Source: Heterodontus francisci (Eukaryota). From it: a stretch of DNA of 64,000 bases. The notes beneath the pieces are model-generated. The model worked only from the letters and a program-made list of their open reading frames with translations. It did no database searches and was not told the DNA's origin. Made by a program: the position numbers and the translations under genes. Shown in pieces: positions 11,211 through 21,381 of the stretch; position 1 is the first letter of the stretch, and each line of letters opens with the position of its first letter. The stretch is from assembly GCF_036365525.1 (NCBI RefSeq), contig NC_090380.1, forward strand, positions 96,743,942 to 96,807,941, written 5' to 3'.

Positions 11211-11912
11211 TTGGTGAGTTACTGGCACAAATAGCATGGAAATATGGTGTTGTGCCTATAACAGATACCTGGCTCAAAGAAGGCAGGACTGGGTATTAAA
11301 TATTCCTGGATACAAGATGTTCAGGAAAGATAGGAAAGGAAGGAAAGGGGAAGGAGTGGTGGTATTGATTAAGGAGAGCATTGCAGTGATGGAGAGAGAG
11401 GATATCCCTGAGGGTTCAAGAGCAGAATCTATTTGGCTACAGCTGAGGAACAAAAAAGGTGCAATTACATGGTAGTCTATAGGCCCCCAGCTAGTGGAAA
11501 GGATGAGGAGGAACAAATTTGCAAGGAAATTACAGAGAGGTCTAAGAATTATAGAGCAGTTATAATGGGGGACTTTAATTTCTGAATATAGACTGGGATA
11601 GTAGTAATGTAAAGGGCAGAGAGGGGCAAGAGTTCCTAGAGTGTATTCAGGAAAACTTTCTACAGCAGTATGTTTCCAGTCCAATGAGAAAGGAGGCACT
11701 GCTAGACCTGTTTTTGGGAATAAGGTGGACAAAGTGGATCAAGTGTCAGGGTCAGTGATGATCGTATCATAAGGTTCAGATTAACTATGGAAAAGGACAA
11801 GGAACAAGTAAGAATAATTAACCGAGGGAAAGCCAACTTCAGTGGGGTAAGAATGGATCTGATTCAGATAAATTGGAATGGAAGGTTGGCAGGCAAAATG
11901 GTAACTGAACAA

Positions 11913-12266
11913 TAGTCATAGAGTCATACAGCACAGAAACAGGCCCTTCGGCCCACCAAGTCTGTGCCGACCATCAACCACCCATTTATACTAATCCTAC
12001 ACTAATCCCATATTCCTACCACATCCCCACCTGTCCCAATATTTCCCTACCACCTACCTACACTAGGGGTAATTTATAATGGCCAATTTACCTATCAACC
12101 TGCAAGTCTTTGGCATGTGGGAGGAAACCAGAGCACCCGGAGGAAACCCACGCAGACGCAGACACAGGGAGAACTTGCAAACTCCACACAGGCAGTACCC
12201 AGAATTGAACCCGGGTCGCTGGAGCTGTGAGGCTGCGGTGCTAACCACTGCGCCACTGTGCCGCCC
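11913..12266 (-). mobile_element. HE1-like (V-SINE) tRNA-derived SINE
   Basis: Head GGCGGCACAGTGGCGCAGTGGTTAGCACC, B box GGTTCAATTCT, core TGCGTGGGTTTCCTCCGGGTGCTCTGGTTTCCTCCCAC, CR1-type tail GGGCCGAAGGGCCTGTT. Confidence 0.88.
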
Positions 12267-12388
12267 CATTTTCCAGCACTTGGCCCATAGCCTTGTATGC
12301 TATGGCGCTTCAAGTGCTCATCTAAATACTTCTTAAATGTTGTAATGGTTCCTGCCTCTACCACCTCTTCAGGCCTCTACCACCTCTT
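12267..12388 (-). mobile_element. CR1 3' fragment abutting the HE1 head
   Basis: VEAGTITTFKKYLDEHL...IQGYGPSAGKW. Confidence 0.75.
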
Positions 12389-12530
12389 AATAAGAAGAGA
12401 TAGTTCAGGCACAGTCAAGGTATATTCGCATGAAGGGGAAAGGTAGGGCAAACAAATCCACAGCTTCAGAGATAGAGATTAAGATGAAGAAGGAAAAGTG
12501 TGTTTATGAAAAATGGCAGGTGGATAATAC

Positions 12531-13058
12531 AAGAAATAAAAACAAGAAATGCTGGAAATACTCAGCACGTCTGGCAGCATCTGTGGAGAGAGAAGCAGAG
12601 TTAATGTTTCGGGTCAGTGACCCTTCTTCAGAACTGGCAAATATTAGAAATGTCAAAGGTTATAAGCAAGTAAAGCGGGGGTGGGGCAAGAGATAACAAA
12701 GGAGAAGGTGTAGATTGGACAAGGCCACAGATTAGCTGACCAGAAGGTCATGGAGCAAAGGTAAACAATATGTTAATGGTGTGTTGAAAGACAAAGCATT
12801 AGTACAGGTAGGGTGTTAACAGACTGAAGATTGAACAGCAGCAAGTACAAACATGAAAAAAACAGTGGGTAAGCAAACTGAACAAACTAAGATGAAATAA
12901 AATAAACATAAAAGAAAAATGTAAAAATGTAAAAAACAAAAAATAACTAAAAATAAAAGTAAAATGGGGGGCCGTCATGCTCTGAAATTATTGAACTCAG
13001 TGTTCAGTCCGGCAGGCTGTAATGTGCCTAATCGGAAAAAGAGATGCTGTTCCTCAAG
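12531..13058 (-). mobile_element. Penelope-like element 3' fragment (pLTR with decayed hammerhead)
   Basis: Closely similar to 14761-15330; encodes the GIY-YIG end (LNTEFNNFRA*). Confidence 0.8.
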
Positions 13059-13827
13059 ATCCTGGCTGAATATAGAAAGTTCAGTGGAAAATTGAAAAAG
13101 CAAATAAGAGAAACAAAGGGTGAATATGAGAAGAGACTAGCAGCTAGCATAAAAGGGAATCCATAACTTGTCTATAGACATATAAATAGTAAAAAGGTGA
13201 TAAAAGGAGGAGTGGGGCTGATTCGGGACCAAAAAAGGGATTTACATATGGAGGCAGGGGGCATGGCTGTGGTATTAAATGTATACTTTGCATCTGTCTT
13301 TACCAAAGATAAAAATGCTACACAGGTCATGCAGAAAGAGGAGGTAGTTCAGACACTTGAGGGGTTTAAAATTTATAAGGAGGAGATATTGGATAGGTTG
13401 GCTGTACTTAAAGTTGATAAGGAACCAAGACCAGATGAGATGCATTCATGGATACTGAGGGAACAGAGGGAGGAAATTGCAGAGGCACAGGCCATAATTT
13501 TCCTACGGGGTGGTGCCAGAGGACTGGAGAATTGCAAATGCAACTGCCTTGTTCAAAAAAGGGTGTAAAGATAAGCCCAGAAACTACAGACCAGTCAATT
13601 TAACCTCAGTGGTGGGGAAGCTTCTAGAAATGATAATTTGGGACACTTGGATAAATGCAGGTTAATTAAGGAAAGCTAGCACAGATTTGTGAAGGGCAAA
13701 TCATGTTTAACTAACTTGTTTGAATGTTTAATGATGTAAGAGAGTGGGTTGATGAGGATAATGCCGTTGATGTGGTGTACATGGACTTCCAAAAAGCATT
13801 TGATAAAGTGCCACACAATAGACTGAA

Positions 13828-14320
13828 GGTCATAAAGTCATTTACAGCAAATAAGGAGGCTACTCGGCCCATCGAGTCCATGCCGATTCTGCACAGCTCG
13901 AACCCCTTTTCCCTAAAAGTCTATTTCTCTCAGGTGGCCATCCAACTTCCTCTTGAAGTCATTGATTGTCTCCGCTTCCACCACCCTTGTGGGCAGTGAG
14001 TTTCAGGTCATTACCACCTGCTGTGTATAAAGTGCTTCCTCGTATTTCCCCTCCAGCTTTTGCCGAAAACTTTCAATCTGTGTCCCTTAGTCCTTGTACC
14101 ATTTGTTAATGGGAACAGTTTTTTTCTTGTCTAACTTATCTAAGCCTGTCATAATTTTGTACACTTCTATTAAATTTCCCCTCAACCTTCTTTGTTCTAA
14201 GGAGAACAAACCCAGCTTTTGCAACCTAACCTTGTAAATAAAATCCTCCATCCCTGAAACTGTTCTGCTAAATCTCCTCTAAACCCTCTCAAGGACCTTC
14301 ACATCCTTCCGAAAATGTGG
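13828..14320 (-). mobile_element. CR1 3' fragment
   Basis: Reverse strand reads FVLLRTKKVEG/RGNLIEVYK-like and ends in a CR1-type tail. Confidence 0.8.
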
Positions 14321-14760
14321 TTGCACGAAGAAATATAAAAACGGAGATCTTCCATTTTCCAGTAGCAGTAAAGATATGTGAACTGTTGCCTTGTCACTTT
14401 TGTCCATTATTCAATAGAGAAATGTGCTGAGTAAGAATATAAATGGAAACGGGAGCAGTGCAACCTAATGCAGGGAAATTAGTATAATGTTATTCTCTCA
14501 TAATTGGAGCTGGATAGAAAATGTAGTTTTAAACCAAGAAGGATGGTGCAAGTGAAGGATTCAAAAAGGGGAACAATATATGCACTGCCATTAGCAGGTA
14601 AACAGCTTGTGTTTCACATTTCCATCTGCACAACCTAAAAGATGGCTCATCTACTGTATAGTTACCTGAAGTCACAAGGAAAAGGGAATAATAATCTTGC
14701 AGATATCACAGACTTAAAGAAAATTAAAAGTATGGACCCACAGAACCCAGATTTTTAATT

Positions 14761-15522
14761 AATATAAAAGCAAAATACTGCAGATTCTGGAAATCTGAAA
14801 TAAAAACAAGAAATGCTGGAAATACTCAGCAGGTCTGTGCAGAGAGAAGCAGAGTTAACGTTTCAGGTCAGTGACCCTTCTTCAGAACTGGTAAATATTA
14901 GAAACGTAAAAGATTTTTAGCAAGTAAGCGGGGGGTGGGGCAAGAGATAACAAAGGTGAAGGTGTTGATAGGACAAGGTCACAGAGAATAACTAACCAGA
15001 AAGTCATGGAACAAAGGCGAACGGTATGTTAATAGTGTGGTGAAAGACAAAGCGTTAGTACAGAGAGGGTGTGAATGACTGTAAAGCAGAGAGCACTTCA
15101 AGCACAACATAAAAAACACATTAAAAAAACAAAACAGTGGGTAAGCACAGTGGAAACAAACTAAACAAATTGAAAAATCTAAAATAAAATAACCAAATAA
15201 AAAAAGGGAAACGAAAAAAAGAAAAAATAACTAAGCATAAAAAGGGGACCCGTCATGCTCTGAAATTATTGATCTCAATGTTCAGTCCGGCAGGTTGTAG
15301 TGTGCCTAATCGGTAAATGAGATGCTGTTCCTCGAGCTTGCGTTGATGTTCATTGGAACACTGCAACAATCCCAGGACAGAGATGTGAGCGTGAGAGCGG
15401 GAGGGAGGGGGGGGGGGGTGGGTGTTGAAATGGCCAGCAACTGGAGGCTTGGGGTCATGCTTATGGACTGAGCAGAGGTGTTCCGCAAAGCGGTCACCCA
15501 ATCTGCGTTTGGTCTCCCCAAT
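14761..15522 (-). mobile_element. Penelope-like element 3' part (GIY-YIG C-terminus plus pLTR)
   Basis: GDRFAEHL...PVAGHFN...RKLEEQHLIYRLGTLQPAGLN; TSD GATTTTTAATT at 14750-14760 and 15523-15533. Confidence 0.88.
14853..14889 (-). ncRNA. Minimal type I hammerhead ribozyme (PLE-associated)
   Basis: Reverse strand AGTT-CTGAAGA-AGGGTCACTGACCT-GAA-ACGT-T-AACT: CUGANGA and GAAA cores, stem I AGTT/AACT, stem II GGTCA/TGACC, palindromic stem III. Confidence 0.75.
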
Positions 15523-16699
15523 GATTTTTAATTTCTTGGCAGTCTTGATCTACATCATACATGACTTGTGAGCAAAGTTAGAGCTCATGGAATAAAAGGG
15601 ACAGTAGCAAAATGGATACAAAATTGGCTGAGTGACAGGAAATAGCAGCCGTTAATGACAGTTTTTCAGGTTGGAGGAAGGTTTATAGTGGGGTTCCCCA
15701 TGGGTCAGTGTTGAGTGCCCTGTTCTTCCTGATATATATTAATGACCTAGACCTTGGTGTACAGGGCACAATTTCAAAATCTGAGGACCATACAAAACTT
15801 GGAAGTATTGTGAACTGTGAGGAGGATAGTGTAGAACTGCAAAAGGACATGGACAGTTTGGTGGAATGGGCGGACAAGTGGCAGATGAAATTTAATGCAG
15901 AGAAGTGTTAAGTGATTCATTTTGATAGAAAGAACACAGAGAGACAAAATAAAATAAAGGGTAGAATTCTAAAAGGGGTGCAGGAGCAGAGGGACCAGGC
16001 TGTATATGTGCATAAATCATTGAAGGTGACAGGACACGTTGAGAGCGCGCTTAATAAAGCATACAGCATCCTAGGCTTTCTTAATATAAGGGCATAGAGT
16101 ACAAAGCAAGGAAGTTATGTTAAACTTGTGTAAACCATTGGTTTGGTCTCAAGTGGAATATTGTGTCCAGTTCTGGACACCACACTTCAGGAAGGATGTG
16201 AAGGCATTAGAGAGGGTGCATAAAAGATTCACAAGAATGGTTCCAGGGATGAAGAACTTCGGTTATGCAGACAGATTGGAGAAGTTGGGACTGTTTTCCT
16301 TGGAGAAAAGAAGGTTGAGAGGAGATTTCATAGAGATATTTAAAATCATGAGGGGTCTGGACAGAGGAGATAGGGAGAAACTGTTCCCATTGGTGGAAGG
16401 ATTAAGAACCAGAGGGCACAGATGTAAGGTAATTGGCAAAAGAAGCAATGGCAACATGGGGAAAATCTTCATCACACAGCAAGTTGTTAGGATCTGGAAT
16501 GCACTGCCTGAGAGTGTGGTAGAGGAAGATTCAATCAAGGCATTCAAGAGGGAATCAGATTGTTATCTGAAAAGGAATAATGTGCAGGTCTACGGGAAGA
16601 AGGCGGGGGAGTGGTACTCGGTAAATTGCTCCTTTGGAGAGCCAGCACAGTCACAATGGGCCAAATGGCCTCCTTTTGTGATATAACCATTCTATGATT

Positions 16700-19105
16700 C
16701 TTTGACCATGACAGGAGACTGTCTGGCAGGCCTGCCAATGCACCCAGCATCTCGGTGTGCACCCTCAGCAGCTTTCTCTTGTAGGCCACCCCAACACAGT
16801 TCTCATCTGAGTCCCCTGCAGCAGAACTTGTATGCGACCTTAACCTCCAGAGAACTGACATATAAACTATTCTTTTCCCCTGGCTTTTTCCCTGTCCTGG
16901 CTGCAGCCCACTCATGCCTGGTGACTCACCACATGCAGATCCTAACTCTGTGCTACCCTCGAAACTACATGCAATGCCAGCATCTGAAGTGGTGGCTGCA
17001 AGTGTGAGATCAAATGACGGGACCTCTGTCAGTAGTGTGGTGTTGCTTTCTCTCCTCCTCCTGGGAACACTGTGGCTGGGCAGTCTGAAAGCAAGGTTAG
17101 AAAACACGGACACATGATCAGCAACTTGCATATCATACCTTCTTTTTTCTTCTTTGGCCTCCTTATTTCGAGAGACAATGGGTAAGCACCTGGAGGTGGT
17201 CAGTGGTGTGTGGAGCAGCGCCTGGAGTAGCTATAAAGGCCAATTCTAGAGTGACAGGCTCTTCCACAGGTGCTGCATAAAAATTTGTTTGTCGGGGCTA
17301 TTTCACAGTTGGCTCTCCCCTTGCGCTTCTATCTTTTTTCCTGCCAACTGCTAAGTCTCTTCGACTCGCCACACTTTAGCCCTGCCTTTATGGCTGCCCG
17401 CCAGCTCTGGCGAATGCTGGCAACTGACTCCCACGACTTGTGATCAATGTCACAGGACTTCATGTCGCGTTTGCAGACGTCTTTAAAGCGGAGACATGGA
17501 CGGCCGGTGGGTCTGATACCAGTGGCGAGCTCGCTGTACAATGTGTCTTTGGGAATCCTGCCATCTTCCATGCGGCTCACATGGCCAAGCCATCTCAAGC
17601 GCCACTGACTCAGTAGTGTGTATAAGCTGGGGATGTTGGCCGCCTCAAGGACTTCTGTGTTGGAGATACGGTCCTGCCACCTGATGCCAAGTATTCTCCG
17701 GAGGCAGCTAAGATGGAATGAATTGAGACGTCGCTCTTGGCTGACATACGTTGTCCAGGCCTCGCTGCTGTAGAGCAAGGTACTGAGGACACAGGCTTGA
17801 TACACTCGGACTTTTGTGTTCCGTGTCAGTGCGCCATTTTCCCACACTCTCTTGGCCAGTCTGGACATAGCAGTGGAAGCCTTTCCCATGCGCTTGTTGA
17901 TTTCTGCATCCAGAGACAGGTTACTGGTGATAGTTGAGCCTAGGTAGGTGAACACTTGAATCACTTCCAGAGCGTGGTCGCCAATATTGATGGATGGAGC
18001 ATTTCTGACGTCCTGTCCCATGATGTTCATTTTCTTGAGGCTGATGGTTGGGCCAAATTCGTTGCAGGCAGCCGCAAACCTGTCGATGAGACTCTGCCGA
18101 CACTCTTCAGTGTGAGATGTTAAAGCAGCATTGTCAGCAAAGAGGAGTTCCCTGATGAGGACTTACCATACTTTGGACTTCGCTCTTAGATGGGCAAGGT
18201 TGAACAACCTGCCCCCAGATCTTGTGTGGAGGAAAATTCCTTCTTCTGAAGACTTGAACGCATGTGAGAGCAGCAGGGAGAAAAAAATCCCAAAAAGTGT
18301 GGGTGCGAGAACACAGCCCTGTTTCACGCCACTCAGGGTCGGAAAGGGGTCTGATGAGGTGCCGATATGTTGAATTGTGCCTTTCATATTGTCATGGTAT
18401 GAGGTGATGATACTTAGTAGCTTTGGTGGACATCCAATCTTTTCTAGTAGTCTGAAGAGACCACGTCTGCTGACGAGGTCAAAGGCTTTGGTGAGATCTA
18501 TGAAAGCAATGTAGAGGGGCATCTGGTGTTCGCGGCATTTCTCCTGTATCTGACAAAGGGAGAACAGCATGTCAATGGTCGATCTCTCTGCTCGAAAGCC
18601 ACACTGTGCCTCAGGGTAGATGCGCTCGGCCAGCTTCTGGAGCCTGTTTAAAGAGACTCGAGCAAAGACTTTCCCCACTATGCTGAGCAGGGAGATTCCA
18701 CGGTAGTTGTTGCAGTCACCGCGGTCACCTTTGTTTTTATAGAGGGTGATGATATTGGCATCGCGCATGTCCTGAGGTACTGCTCCCTCATCCCAGCACA
18801 GGCATAGCAGTTCATGTGGTACTGAGAGTCTGAAAGCAAGGTTAGAAAACATGGACACATGATCAGCAACTTGCATATCATACATGTATCAGGATAAGGG
18901 TGAGCTGGAAGTTGAGAAAGGGCATAAGGGGCATACTGTTATCTTCAACGTTCTCAGGGATGCCGGATGCCATGGGCTCTGTCGCAGCTGGCCCTAGGAT
19001 GTGGAGAACTATCTCCTCTGTAGGGCTCAGGAGATGCGGGCATCTTTGTCCCCCATCAGTTCAGCTCTACTCCCAGTGATTATGGGCCACCTTCTGCCAT
19101 AGCTG
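16700..19105 (-). pseudogene. Harbinger-associated Myb/SANT-like gene, downstream exons (decayed; RTE inserted in an intron)
   Basis: KVAHN...LSPTEEIVLHILGPAATEPMASG (~19093-18937, then GTATG donor) and TTGCTTTCAG acceptor before a low-complexity exon (~17085-16700); assignment by recall of shark Harbinger ORFs. Confidence 0.5.
17139..18826 (-). mobile_element. RTE-clade LINE, 5'-truncated, disrupted; same family as 9505-11210
   Basis: ORFs 18163-18885 and 17329-18030 match the 522-aa ORF with frameshifts and stops; 57-bp TSD at 17082-17138 and 18827-18883. Confidence 0.95.
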
Positions 19106-19359
19106 TTGGATACTGTGCGGTAAAAATTCGTTAAGGCCTATTTTCGGGCATGGGGGTCATGATTCATGACCAGCCCATGCCCAGTCCTGTTGAAGCAGAC
19201 AGCACACAAGGGGCTGGGCAGCATGCACTAATATCACATGGTGCAAATAGCCTGCTCCTCTGAAAGGCAGCCTGCGCCTCTTTAAGGGGAGCCGCACTCT
19301 GTGGAAGAGAGCTGTTGCTGAATGCCTACTGTCACTCGCTGTAAGTAGGAGCTGCACAA

Positions 19360-19599
19360 ATGGAGCATATGGAAACAGAGAGGGCTCTTAGGTTCACAGA
19401 AGCTGCTCTGGAGGCTTTAGTGGCAGAGATGGACAGGAGAAGAGAGGTCGTGTATTCTTAGGAGCCCTGGAGTCCCTCAAGGCAAACCCTGAAAAGAAAG
19501 CGGGAACCAGTAGCCAGGAGGTCAACGCCCAGAGTTTGGCCCCAGAGGATCTGGCAGCAATGCCGCAAGAAGTTCAATGACCTAACGTGGGCGGTCAAG
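19360..19599 (+). pseudogene. Harbinger Myb/SANT-like DNA-binding domain exon (decayed)
   Basis: ERALRFTEAALEALVAEMDRRREV* ... EVNA ... RIWQQCRKKFNDL, followed by donor AAG/GTCAGT; matches the NAIF1-like Myb pattern of Harbinger ORF2. Confidence 0.7.
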
Positions 19600-20029
19600 G
19601 TCAGTGAATGCATCTTCATATGACATCTCCTAGTCCCACACCACCAACCGCTCACATTGCTTAATGCACCCCCATCACTCAACCTTCAGCAGTCCTTAGC
19701 AGTCAGGATTTAGCCCTAAGATCCAGATACTTCACCTCACCCCCACACACTTGCTAATGATGCCAGCCTCACACCAAGTTGCACCTACATACCTCCACCT
19801 ATTCAGCTATGGCAGACATATTATCGAAACGCAGTGCTACACAATCACTGACAGTCTTTCTACTCTCGTGCAAAACATATGCCGAAAGCAAACTAAAAAG
19901 GGGCAATGAAGAAAGGTATTGTTATATTGTCATAAATAATTACAATACTTTGAATATCAATACCTTAGCACCTGGAAACTCATCAAACTTTGCATACAAA
20001 CAAAGCCAATAAGCCAAATTAGCCTTTTG

Positions 20030-20365
20030 TTTCAAGATACAGCACTGAAACAGACCCTTCGGCCCACCGAGTCTGTGCCAACCATCAACCACCCATTTAT
20101 ACTAATCCTACACTAATCTCATATTCCTACCACATCCCCACCTGTTCCTATATTCCCCTACCACCTACCTATACTAGGGGCAATTTATAATGGCCAATTT
20201 ACCTACCAACCTGCAAGTCTTTTGGCTTGTGGGAGGAAACCGGAACACCCGGAGGAAACCCACGCAGACACAGGGAGAACTTGCAAACTCCACACAGGCA
20301 GTACCCAGAATTGAACTTGGGTCGCTAGAGCTGTGAGGCTGCAGTGCTAACCACTGCGCCACTGT
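20030..20365 (-). mobile_element. HE1-like (V-SINE) SINE
   Basis: Near-identical to 11913-12266. Confidence 0.88.
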
Positions 20366-20499
20366 AACTTTCTGAATTATTAGCTGTGTTTGCCATTGTA
20401 ATTAAACATGGAGAAACGAAGTTAACATTTCAGGTTGAAGACCTTCCGTCAGAAGGTTTCTCTCGCCACAATTGCTGCTGCTGAGCATTTGCAGCATTT

Positions 20500-21351
20500 T
20501 CAGTATTTATATGGCACCCTGTACATCAAAATACCTCAAAGTATGTGTGAAGTTCTTTCAAAGTGCTTCATGCAAGGAATTCGATTATGCAGTACCCTGG
20601 TTAGTGCGATGTTGACAAACATGGCAACTAATCGACACAATGCCCTATAACTGAATGACCAGTCAATATGCTCTTAAATTGCAATTGGTTAAGGGAGTCA
20701 TATTGGCTAGGACAACAACAACAATAATCTGTATTTCTTGAGTGCCTTTAACATAGTGAAATGTCCCATGGCACATCACAGGAGCATTATGAAACATTGA
20801 GCCACATAAGAAGATATTAGGCCAGATTGCCTAAAGCTTGTTCTAAGAGGTAGATTTTAAGGAGCATCTTAAAGGAGAGAGAGGTAGAAAGGTTTAAGGA
20901 GGGAATTCCAGAGTTTAGGGCCTTGGCAACAGAAGGCTGATGATTGAAGTCTCCAATGATGGAGCAATTAAAATAGGGATGCCCAAGATGCCAGAATTGC
21001 AGGAGCGCAGATTTCTCGGAGAGTTGTAGGGCTGGAGAAGATTACAGGGATAGGGAGGACCAAGGCCATGGAGGAATTTGAATACAAGCATGACAATTTT
21101 AAAATTCTGGAGAACTCACTTCTCTTCTTTGAATAGTGCCATGGGAACATCAAGATTCACTTAAATCACCTGAACAGATAGGCAGGACTTGGTTTTATGA
21201 CAACCAAAGGATAGCACCTTTGAATATGTAGCGTATTCTAAGTGCAGCACTGAAGTGTCAGTCTAGATTGCAAACTTAAGCTTTGTTGTGGAGCTTCAAA
21301 TACAACCTTCTGATCCAACGGTTAGCATATGTCAGCAGAGTGAAACTGATA
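20500..21351 (-). mobile_element. SacSINE1/DeuSINE-like ancient SINE, split by an L2 fragment
   Basis: ...TATTGGCTAGGACA (to ~20714) resumes as CTGGAGAACTC...AATAGTGCCATGGG (from ~21107); homologous to 39863-40230. Confidence 0.65.
20715..21106 (-). mobile_element. L2-clade LINE 3' fragment
   Basis: (TTG)n tail; GGAATTCCCTCCTTAAACC (WNSLP-like) and NFKIVML-type C-terminal motifs on the - strand. Confidence 0.65.
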
Positions 21352-21381
21352 CAGGCATTTTCCCTCAATGATCCTTCCTTG

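Larger units (their letters stand above)
9222..16700 (+). mobile_element. Old, long CR1 LINE (ORF1 end plus ORF2 APE-RT) split by at least four insertions
   Basis: Collinear pieces 9222-9504, 11221-11912, 12390-12530, 13060-13824 and 15563-16700: CMYVNAWSMVNKIGE, LNIPGYKMFRKDR, VYMDFQKAFDKVPH, FLIYINDLD, VEYCVQFW; ends in a TTCTATGATTC tail. Confidence 0.88.

Noticed and set aside
9505-18883. Segmental duplication as the source of the two RTE copies
   Set aside because: Flanks and TSDs differ; similarity stops at the element boundaries
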